Assembly (NCBI GenBank): GCA_020722645.1 | Contig: DYKL01000003.1 | Coordinates: 1-40,985 of the forward strand | DNA length: 40,985 nucleotides | Direction: 5' to 3' | DNA from: Acetofilamentum sp. | GTDB taxonomy: Bacteria; Bacteroidota; Bacteroidia; Bacteroidales; JAFGUD01 | In this document: positions 26,501 to 34,072 of the stretch, one piece after another | Position numbering within the stretch: position 1 is the first letter of the stretch | Layout: the number at the start of each line of letters is the position of its first letter | The notes under the pieces: generated by a model | What the model was told of the DNA's origin: nothing | Database searches by the model: none | The model's input: only the letters and a program-made list of their open reading frames with translations | Position numbers and translations under genes: made by a program

Positions 26501-27690
26501 ATTAATCCTTCACCCAAATTGATTTTTTTTGAATAGAATTTTTTGCGGTCGTAAGCAAAAGCTCCAAAAAGTTCAAGGAATGGGGGTTGATTTTCAGGTG
26601 TTTGCAATATAAAAAGACCCCCGACAGAAGCTTCAAGATATTTAACAAATTCTTTAATGATTACATCAGTAAGTTTTTTCAAATCGTTTGAGAACTGTCT
26701 CATTAATTCAGAAAACTTGTTAATTCCAATGTTTGCCCATTCTTTTTGTTTGTCTTCTTTCAGCCTCAGTTCTAATTCTTTCTGAGAATTTACAAGTTGT
26801 TCTCTAAGAGAAATTATTGTGCTTGAAATTTTATCGTTTTTACTTTGTTCGACAATCTGAAATTCGTAATTTTTATTTTTAAGTTCTGATATATAGTTGT
26901 TTATTCTGTTGTAGTTGTCGTTTATTTTAATAATAGAATCAATCGTTTCCGAACTGATTTTTTTGTCGTCAGGAGTAAGTTTAATATTTTCACCCGCAGA
27001 GAGTTTTTTTAAATAATGATTTATGGTCTGAGGAAGTCTTAGATTATCTTTAAAGAATATTATGCTTAAAAAAGCAAAAAGGATTACGAAGACAAAAAAG
27101 CTGATTATTGTAAATAAAATAGTATTTTTTATGTTTTTTTGAAGTTCAATTATTGTTTTTGTAAAATTTTGATTGTTTTCTACTTTGAGCTTTTTAAGTA
27201 TAACTGCAATGTTTTGAAAAGAAAGTAATTCCTTATTAAACAGTCTGCTTATGTTTTTCAGGTTAATTTCTTCTTTTTTATATTCGTTAAAGATTTCGTA
27301 AACAATGTTCTGAAATATTTGGTATTCTGTTGAAAATTCATCAATTATGATATTTTCATCTACGCTTGAAGTAATGTTTTTGAATTGTTTTGTTATTTGT
27401 AAAATAGAGTCATTGGTTTGAAAGAAAGCGTTTTGAATTTCAATAAAATCGTCTAATTTTTCGTAAGAAATATGATTAAATACAATAAATGAATTTATAA
27501 TCCTTTCAGAATTATTTATTAAGTTGTTTTTTTGGAGGAAAGTGTTGGTCAGGTAGTTTTTCTGATTTTCAATTCTGTTCTGAAATGTATTGAAATTTAC
27601 TATAAGCAAAATAATATATACCCCAACAATTGAGGATAAAATTAAAATTTTCAATCTAATTGATAAGTTTTTCAGATTTATTTTGCTCAT
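23563..27690 (-). CDS. TM-(HAMP-like)-GAF-6xPAS sensor protein with no recognisable output domain
   Basis: 1375 aa. TM helices at about aa 14-33 and 191-213. GAF-like segment (GEGLIGTVAIDQSSIH...LLGVIEIASI). Six tandem 135-aa PAS/PAC-like repeats (xGxLxGVDxxIMRAEY...YLAIDITEQK). A 58-aa helical, acidic C-terminal tail. Confidence 0.85.
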   Translation of the reverse strand: MSKINLKNLSIRLKILILSSIVGVYIILLIVNFNTFQNRIENQKNYLTNTFLQKNNLINNSERIINSFIVFNHISYEKLDDFIEIQNAFFQTNDSILQITKQFKNITSSVDENIIIDEFSTEYQIFQNIVYEIFNEYKKEEINLKNISRLFNKELLSFQNIAVILKKLKVENNQNFTKTIIELQKNIKNTILFTIISFFVFVILFAFLSIIFFKDNLRLPQTINHYLKKLSAGENIKLTPDDKKISSETIDSIIKINDNYNRINNYISELKNKNYEFQIVEQSKNDKISSTIISLREQLVNSQKELELRLKEDKQKEWANIGINKFSELMRQFSNDLKKLTDVIIKEFVKYLEASVGGLFILQTPENQPPFLELFGAFAYDRKKFYSKKINLGEGLIGTVAIDQSSIHLTQIPSDYLEIESGLGDAPPNNLLILPLLTDNGLLGVIEIASIRNFEKFEVEFSETLCRSIAATLETAKINARTIELLKESQKKSDELANREKILQDTMQEVTKAHQIAKRNEIEMTGILTGVDQTLMRAEYSPDGKFINSNLVHRQTMGYEIEAMKGKSIFEFIQKEDLNNFNRIWSDVSAGRPIQITVKRQNKMTGADIWLLNQYTPIKDDKGKVIKVLYLAIDITEQKVAEEKSQKLLKETQEKEVELKGVLSGVDRTIMRAEYSVDGTFINSNSVHQRIMGYEIQNMSGKNILDFIQEEERENFKKLWKEVVSGKPKELTVKRVNKSTGKEIWLINQYNPISDENNNIVKILYLAIDITEQKQAEAKAQELLTQTKQNELELRGIFTGIDQAIMRAEYYIDGTFINANDIHAQTLGYDIENMKGKNITEFIPENERDNFHKIWNRVKRGNLEQATVKRINMSTGEDIWLLNQYTPIENQDGDVIKILYLGIDITEQKKAEQIAAKLLTEAQQKEIQLSGILSGIDQAIMRAEYLPDGTFVDANEIHTHTLGYDKQNMIGKNILEFLSEEDKENFIIIWDSVKEGNLEQITVKRTNKATGEDVWLLNQYTPIKDNTGSVIKVLYLAIDITEQKQVEQMAADLLSEAQLKELALKNILSGIDRTIMRARYTTEGVFIESNQVHQSIMGYEVNSMIGKKILEFIPENEKEDFEILWKEVCKGNQKELVARRKNKTTDEDIWLKNQYNPVFDTKGDVIEILYLGIDITEEKKMEQQTKELLEKTQQNELELTALFSAVDQTLMRAEYLPEGTFVSSNSIHVSTLGYDPEIMIGKNIKEFIPEEEFEEFEKIWKKVNQGELQQIVVKRKNKMTDEDVWLLNQYTPVKNIHGNIVKILYLAFDISEQKRLENELVIQEKIMTQNMEELLKEFQLAEEENQRLKEIEDSITDKFDQEDDNLYKEWLDTFE
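23689..26118 (-). repeat. Six in-frame 405-bp tandem repeats encoding the PAS modules
   Basis: The conserved DNA block ggtaatatcaata(c/g)c(c/a)agata recurs at about 23760, 24165, 24570, 24975, 25380 and 25785, giving a 405-nt period. The protein period is exactly 135 aa (aa 525-1334). Confidence 0.9.
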
Positions 27691-27807
27691 TCGAAAAATT
27701 TGTTCAAATATGAAATATACAAAAATAGATTAATTTTTCTTTTTATAAAATATCTTAATAAAAATATTATAAACAATTTGTTATTGCAATTAAAATGCCA
27801 ACCAAAA

Positions 27808-28377
27808 TTACTTAGTAAGTATAAATTTTTTTACAGTATTTTTAATATCGTAAATAGCTTGTTCAAGCTTATCGTTAATTATTGTAATATCAAATTCTTG
27901 TTCGAAAGATAACTCAAATTGAGCTTTGATAATTCTTTTTTTTAGGCTTTCTTCGTTTTCAGTTGCTCTTTTTTCAAGTCTTTTTTTTAATTCATCAATA
28001 TTAGGTGGTCTGATAAAAATAGATAAAGATTTATCCGGATAATTTTTTTTAATATTCAGTCCACCTTTTACATCAACATCAAAAATTATGTTTTGGTTTT
28101 TTTTCCAGATTCTTTCAACTTCGCATTTTAGTGTACCATAGTATTGGTTTTCATAAACTTCTTCCCATTCAATAAATTCATTGTTTGCGATTTTTTCTTT
28201 AAAAAGTTCGGGAGAAATAAAATAATAATCGACACCATCTTTTTCGTTATCTCTCGGTTTTCTGCTTGTTGCTGACACAGAGAAAGATAAGTTAAAGGCG
28301 GTATCTTTCAATAACTCTTTAACAAGTGTTGTTTTTCCGGCACCGGAAGGAGCAGACACTATAATCATTTTATTCAT
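27808..28377 (-). CDS. gmk: Guanylate kinase
   Basis: 189 aa. P-loop SAPSGAGKTTL, and SATSRKPRDNEKDGVDYYF followed by EWEEVYENQYYGT, are classic Gmk motifs. Confidence 0.9.
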   Translation of the reverse strand: MNKMIIVSAPSGAGKTTLVKELLKDTAFNLSFSVSATSRKPRDNEKDGVDYYFISPELFKEKIANNEFIEWEEVYENQYYGTLKCEVERIWKKNQNIIFDVDVKGGLNIKKNYPDKSLSIFIRPPNIDELKKRLEKRATENEESLKKRIIKAQFELSFEQEFDITIINDKLEQAIYDIKNTVKKFILTK

Positions 28378-28381
28378 AAAC

Positions 28382-31300
28382 TTATAATTTGAAACCGATT
28401 ACTAAAATATCGTCAGTTTGAGGTGTTGTTGCTCTCCAATTTTCAATGTTTTCATCAAGAATCTGTTTTTGTTCAAGCATAGGTTTTTTATGAATTTCAA
28501 AAAGCAATTCTTTAAAACGCTTAATCATAAATTTTGAATGGTCGTCACCTCCGAATTGGTCGGCATAACCGTCAGAAAATATATAAAACCAAGTAGGAGA
28601 AGTGTATTTAATTGTATCTTTTTCAAAATCACCGAACTGAAATCCACCGATTGATTGTCGGTTGCCCTTAACTTTGAATACTTCATCGTTTGAGATGTAG
28701 AACATAGGATTTTTTGCACCGGAATATTCCAAAATGTTATTTGCTTTGTCAATAACACATAATCCCATATCCATACCGTCTTGATTTTCAGTAGTATCTT
28801 GTTTAAGAGCAAATCTAACATATTTATTTAATCTGACTAATATTTCCGAGGCATCTGAAATATTTTCGCTTGTAACAATAGTAGTAAGAATTTCAGCACC
28901 AATCATGCTCATAAATGCACCGGGAACTCCGTGTCCAGTGCAGTCCACAGCAGCGATAAAAACTTTGTCTTTTCGTTGAGCAAACCAATAGAAATCGCCT
29001 GAAACAATGTCTCTGGGTTTGAAAAGAATAAAATAGTTATCTAAATGAGCCTTGATATTTATTTCAAGAGGAAGCATTGCTGTTTGAATTCTTTTTGCGT
29101 ATTCAATGCTTGAAGTAATATCTTTATTTATTTTCTGTATTTTTTCGTTTTGTTCAGCTAATTTGTCTCTTTGTGTAAGAATTTCTTCTTTTTGCATTTC
29201 AATTTCTTTGGTGCGAAGTTTTACTTGTTCTTCGAGATATTGCTTTTGCTTTCTCAGTCTTCTTGTATAAAGATAAACAATTAGCCAAATCAATAAACCG
29301 GCTATAATAATATATCCGATAAAAGCAAAAACTGTCAGATACCAAGGCGGTTTAATAATGAATTCATAAGTTGCCAAAGTACTTTCAACATTGAATTGAT
29401 TTCTGGCTTTAACCATAAATTTGTATTCGCCGGGTTTAAGGTTAGAATAGTCTTTATAATTTTCTTTTGTCCATTCCGACCATTTTTTGTCGTTACCTTC
29501 AAGAAAATAAGTGTATTGAATGTTTTGTGGCGATTGATAGTAAGCTCCGCTGAAATTAAATCTCAGGTTGCCGAATTTATAAGGAAGGGTAGGTATGTCT
29601 TTTAATTTTTGTTCAAATTCAATCAATGAGTCAGTAGTGGTGAAAGTTCCGTTGAAAATTATAGAATCAGAATTTAGAATTTTTACTGATCTTATAAATG
29701 CCGGAAAAGAAATAAGATAATTGTTTTTGATTTTGGAATCGTAATGTATAATTCCTTCTGTACTGCCAATAATATATTCAGAATCTTCAATCTGGTCAAT
29801 AAAGAAAATTTTGTTTTTTAAAGAAAGAAATTCATCTTTAATTTTAATATATCCGGTGTCTGTTTTTTTAAGCAAACAAAGTTCGTATTCTGTTTGTTCT
29901 TTTAACTGAATTTGTTCTTTGTACCAGTAATTATCGTGTGAGTCGATTGTTATGAAAAAAATTTGTGATTTTTTGTTTATTTGATTACCTTCGTTTATAA
30001 CTGAATTTAGTTTTTCATAAGGTTCAAACTTGTCTGAATTGTAATTATATGTAAAAATTCCTCCAATTGTTGTGAAAAGAATTTCGTCCTTAATTTTGAA
30101 TATTTTGTTGTCTAATTGAGAAGGGAGTCCGTTTAATCCGCTTGTTGTGTCAAAAACAGTAAGTTGGTCTATTTTAGTGTAATTTTCATCAAATTTTATT
30201 CTGTAAATACCTTGTGTTTGGTTTGCTACCCAAAAGTTACCGTGATCGTCTTGTTCAAGATAATTACCGCTTATATTTTGAATATCGTGAGAGAGTTCCC
30301 ATTTGTTATTTTCTTTTTTGTATATAAAAATAACAGTTGAAATTCCAATAATTGTGTTCGGGTCGTCAAAAGGGATTCTGAATACTTTTACTCCCCTTAA
30401 AGCTCTGTCTATTCCTTCGGCAAGAATGTAATTTGCTTTGAAATCTTGTATTTCATATAAACCGTTGTCAGATGCAGCTATAAGTTTTGATTCAATAATG
30501 TCTAAAAATTGAGTTTTAATATCGCCTTGTTCGTTATTGATAAGGTTGAATTTGTCAATGTTAATTTTGTCTTCGTAAGTGCCCCATTTTTTGTAATATA
30601 CACCCGAGGCAGTGGCTATGTATAAAATATCATTAAATATTTTTGAATAAAAACTTGTAGCTTCTTTGTCAAAATTGTAATATTGTTCGTAAATAGAGAA
30701 AGGAGAGAAAAGGTAAATAGATGAAATACCATTCTCGGTGCAAAGCCATAAATTGTCTTGATTATCGAAGCCGGCACGTCTAATTATATCATTTTTCAGA
30801 CCGTTTTGAACGTTAATAAATTGAATAATTTTAAAATTTTTGTCGGTAATAAGTAACCCACCGTTGTATAGCATAAATCCCAGATAATCGTCTTTGATGT
30901 TAATAGCTCTATAGATATTATGGTTTAGAATGTTGTCAATAGGAGAATTAATTTTGTTAAAGTTACCGTCTTTCATTGTAAACATACCATCGAACCATGT
31001 AAGAATAAGCAATGAATCGTTTTTGTAATCCAAAACGGCTCTAACCATAGAATTGCTTAAAATGCTCGAATTATCAATAAATTTTAAATCATTGTTTTCA
31101 ATCTGATACAGTCCTTTGTATTTTGTATAAATGTAAATTTCATCAAGGGGTTTAAAAGTCATAAGAAACAGACCTTCAGGGAAATATTGTTCGACAGGAA
31201 GAACAATAATAGAATCGTTTTTGTACAAAAATAATTCGTCAAAAGTTTGAAAAACAACAGATGAATCTTTTGAAATATATATATCCCAAATTTTTTGAAA

Positions 31301-31681
31301 GTCTTGAAAAGCAGGAGGCACTTTGTTTTTTATACTTTGAAATATTAGACTTCCGTTTTTAGTTGGTTTTAAGTAACCAATTTCGTTGTCTCCTCCCACA
31401 TACACAGTGTTTTTGTCGTCAATACAGAGTGATGTTACCGACGTAGATGCAACTTTAATTTTGTTCCAGTTTTGTCCGTCAAATTCCAGAACCACTCCGT
31501 CAGAGTTGCCGAAATACATAAGCCCTCTTTGATCTTGAACGACAATCCAATTTTGCCTTGCTCCTTTGTAATCGTCAGTTGTGTAATTAATCACATAAGG
31601 AATTGCTCCCGTATTTTTTATTTGTGAGTAACAATTGATTGAAAGGAGTAACAGAATTATTATTTTTGCAATACTTTTCAT
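28382..31681 (-). CDS. Periplasmic beta-propeller (two-component regulator propeller) / Y_Y_Y sensor with TM helix, coiled coil and SpoIIE/PP2C phosphatase domain
   Basis: 1099 aa with a signal peptide. A long beta-rich region is followed by a Y_Y_Y-like block (YQSPQNIQYTYFLEGNDKKWSEWT...LKPGEYKFMVKARN). TM helix YLTVFAFIGYIIIAGLLIWLIVYLY. PP2C motifs SGDFYWF, AVDCTGHGVPGAFMSM, FSDGYADQFGG and TDDILVIGFKL. Confidence 0.85.
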   Translation of the reverse strand: MKSIAKIIILLLLSINCYSQIKNTGAIPYVINYTTDDYKGARQNWIVVQDQRGLMYFGNSDGVVLEFDGQNWNKIKVASTSVTSLCIDDKNTVYVGGDNEIGYLKPTKNGSLIFQSIKNKVPPAFQDFQKIWDIYISKDSSVVFQTFDELFLYKNDSIIVLPVEQYFPEGLFLMTFKPLDEIYIYTKYKGLYQIENNDLKFIDNSSILSNSMVRAVLDYKNDSLLILTWFDGMFTMKDGNFNKINSPIDNILNHNIYRAINIKDDYLGFMLYNGGLLITDKNFKIIQFINVQNGLKNDIIRRAGFDNQDNLWLCTENGISSIYLFSPFSIYEQYYNFDKEATSFYSKIFNDILYIATASGVYYKKWGTYEDKINIDKFNLINNEQGDIKTQFLDIIESKLIAASDNGLYEIQDFKANYILAEGIDRALRGVKVFRIPFDDPNTIIGISTVIFIYKKENNKWELSHDIQNISGNYLEQDDHGNFWVANQTQGIYRIKFDENYTKIDQLTVFDTTSGLNGLPSQLDNKIFKIKDEILFTTIGGIFTYNYNSDKFEPYEKLNSVINEGNQINKKSQIFFITIDSHDNYWYKEQIQLKEQTEYELCLLKKTDTGYIKIKDEFLSLKNKIFFIDQIEDSEYIIGSTEGIIHYDSKIKNNYLISFPAFIRSVKILNSDSIIFNGTFTTTDSLIEFEQKLKDIPTLPYKFGNLRFNFSGAYYQSPQNIQYTYFLEGNDKKWSEWTKENYKDYSNLKPGEYKFMVKARNQFNVESTLATYEFIIKPPWYLTVFAFIGYIIIAGLLIWLIVYLYTRRLRKQKQYLEEQVKLRTKEIEMQKEEILTQRDKLAEQNEKIQKINKDITSSIEYAKRIQTAMLPLEINIKAHLDNYFILFKPRDIVSGDFYWFAQRKDKVFIAAVDCTGHGVPGAFMSMIGAEILTTIVTSENISDASEILVRLNKYVRFALKQDTTENQDGMDMGLCVIDKANNILEYSGAKNPMFYISNDEVFKVKGNRQSIGGFQFGDFEKDTIKYTSPTWFYIFSDGYADQFGGDDHSKFMIKRFKELLFEIHKKPMLEQKQILDENIENWRATTPQTDDILVIGFKL

Positions 31682-31829
31682 CAGTTATTTTTTTGTAAAA
31701 AATTTATTTACAATGTCAATTTGATATTTATTTTGAGCGTTAAAATTAAAAAAATAAATTGTTTTTAAAATAAAAAAAATGATAAAAAAAAATATGCTAT
31801 CATAAACTATTGTTTTGTAATGTGTTAGC

Positions 31830-34019
31830 TTAAAAGGTTTGGAAAATTATTTTGTTTTTGTCATCTATAATTAAATAATATAAAATGTTTGATAACTTAA
31901 AACTATTTTTTGAATCAATTTTAGTATTGAAGCCGATTATATTAATTGTTTTGCTATTAATTTTATATGCATATATGCCCCATAAATAGTAATTAGGCAT
32001 TAATTCATTTATAATAAGATTTTTGCCGTCGATTGAAATTTTTATTGAAATAATATTTGATTTAGTGTTTAAAAAATTGTTTTCGTTGATTGTAATTCTT
32101 CTGTAATTAGCTAATAAAACATAAGATGTGTCCATTTTTAAAATATTAATGATATCTGCGTCAAAATAAAAGTTGTTTTTCCACTCTGTGTTAAAGTCAT
32201 TAAGGTTGATTTTTTCGATTGATACAGTATCTTTTTTGTCTGTAAAATAATCCAACAAACTTCCGTGATAGGTTATTAGAACGTTATTGTTGATTTCATC
32301 ATATAATATTTTTCTTGCTAATTTTGTGTTTTTAAGTTGTTTCTTTTGTAATTGTTTGCCGTCTAAGTCGTATTTAATAAAATAATTAGTATTTTTTTTG
32401 TTTGTTTTCGTATGTGTAATCAAGAATATATTTTTTTCACCGGTTATTATTTTTGTTCCATACTCAAATATGTCAGAGCCTTGTGTATTTGAATTAAGCC
32501 ACAAAATTTTATTATCAGACATTTTTGCAATAAAAGCACAGGAACTGTTTTTTTGTTTAAAATATCCAGTAATATATTTGTCTCCGTTTTTGCAATCAGA
32601 TATATCTGTTGTGTAATATTTGTTTTCTTCTGCATTTTCAGGCTCAGTTGTCTCAACGAAAAGATGGATTTTTGAATTTTTGAAATCAACATACATTGGA
32701 TTTGAATGAACATAAAAAATTTCTGTTGCTGTAAAATATTTTAAATTTTTCAATGATTCAGTATATAAATCATTGAGTTCTTTTTTTTGTGTTTCGTAGT
32801 ATTTTTCGAGTCCATTGAAACCTTGATAATTGAAATCAATAAATGATTTGTATTTAAGGTAGTTATCTTCGGTTATTTTTAGTTTAAGTTCAGTTAAAAG
32901 AGAATCTGCTTTTTGTTTTTTTACAGTAAGAATATAGTACTCAATTGCTTTTGATTCGATATTGTTTGTTTTGTTGGAAGTATCATTGTATGTTTTTTTA
33001 TATTGTACCAAAAAATCAATTTTTGCTTTTTTAAATAGGAACAATACCGTAATCATTGAGTTATAATCATACTTTTCAATTTCATTTATTACTTTTTGGT
33101 CAATAATGTATGTTTTATAAGAATTTGAATGACTTTTTTTTGAGTTAAGTTCGTTTTCTTTATCTGTAAGTTCTTTATTTGTTTTAATTATAGTTTCTCT
33201 GAAATGAGTTATTTCTCCCGTAAGGTTTTCTTGAATATCAACAGCCCAGGATTTGTAATCCCATATAAGAATAGAATCAATCAAAAAATTTGAACGAGAA
33301 ATACCGTCTAAACGATATATTTTTATTGGTTTAATTACAATATTTTGATTGTAATTTTTTATCGGATAATTTGTAATTGATAGTTTGTATTGTTCAAAAA
33401 AGTACAATGAAGAGTCGTAGGATAAAATTAATTCGTTTGTTGATTTTAATGTTTGTGTCCTTTCGGATAGATAAATGTCGCTTAATTTGTTGTGTTTTTC
33501 AATTATTGATAAAAATTTATCAATGGTCTTGTTGTAAGTATCTACTAATTTGATGAAAATAGAGTTAGTATTTTCAGCATTTTTTTGATATTCTTCTATT
33601 TTTTGTATTTGGGTATTAATATAATCAACAACAATTTCATATTCGATTTTATCTATTTTTTTAAATTCTGGGATTGTTTTATAGTAATTTTGGTTTTTCC
33701 GGCAATCTTTTGTGTCTTGTTGAAGTTTACTTAAACATAAGTTGTAGAAAAGTTTTGTATTGTAAACATAATATAATGTCTGATTCAAATCAATTAGCGG
33801 GTCTGAGTTAATTGCCCAAAAATATGAAATGTTAGCTAATTGGAAATAAGTATTTGGGAATTCAGGATTTGATTGTTGAAATTGAAATAACAAAGAATAT
33901 GCTTTGCTGTAATTTTTTTGATTTATTAATTCAATAATATCATCATATTTTATAGTATTTTGCGAAAAAAGAAATGTTGTTGTAAAAAGAGAAAATATTA
34001 TTAGTTTTAATGTTTTCAT
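31830..34019 (-). CDS. Secreted hypothetical protein (helical N-terminal half, beta-rich C-terminal half)
   Basis: 729-aa ORF with signal peptide MKTLKLIIFSLFTTTFLFSQ. I recognise no family motif. Confidence 0.5.
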   Translation of the reverse strand: MKTLKLIIFSLFTTTFLFSQNTIKYDDIIELINQKNYSKAYSLLFQFQQSNPEFPNTYFQLANISYFWAINSDPLIDLNQTLYYVYNTKLFYNLCLSKLQQDTKDCRKNQNYYKTIPEFKKIDKIEYEIVVDYINTQIQKIEEYQKNAENTNSIFIKLVDTYNKTIDKFLSIIEKHNKLSDIYLSERTQTLKSTNELILSYDSSLYFFEQYKLSITNYPIKNYNQNIVIKPIKIYRLDGISRSNFLIDSILIWDYKSWAVDIQENLTGEITHFRETIIKTNKELTDKENELNSKKSHSNSYKTYIIDQKVINEIEKYDYNSMITVLFLFKKAKIDFLVQYKKTYNDTSNKTNNIESKAIEYYILTVKKQKADSLLTELKLKITEDNYLKYKSFIDFNYQGFNGLEKYYETQKKELNDLYTESLKNLKYFTATEIFYVHSNPMYVDFKNSKIHLFVETTEPENAEENKYYTTDISDCKNGDKYITGYFKQKNSSCAFIAKMSDNKILWLNSNTQGSDIFEYGTKIITGEKNIFLITHTKTNKKNTNYFIKYDLDGKQLQKKQLKNTKLARKILYDEINNNVLITYHGSLLDYFTDKKDTVSIEKINLNDFNTEWKNNFYFDADIINILKMDTSYVLLANYRRITINENNFLNTKSNIISIKISIDGKNLIINELMPNYYLWGIYAYKINSKTINIIGFNTKIDSKNSFKLSNILYYLIIDDKNKIIFQTF

Positions 34020-34072
34020 AAATATTTCAAAAAATGTTATTTATTGTTTATTAGAATTTTAAATAATGTTAT

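Noticed and set aside
27720-27727. Bacteroidetes-type -7 promoter motif TAnnTTTG (TATTTTTG on the minus strand), about 30 nt upstream of the 1375-aa gene
   Set aside because: The motif matches the known consensus, but such AT-rich octamers are expected by chance throughout this sequence, and I see no clear -33 TTTG partner. I did not report it as a feature.
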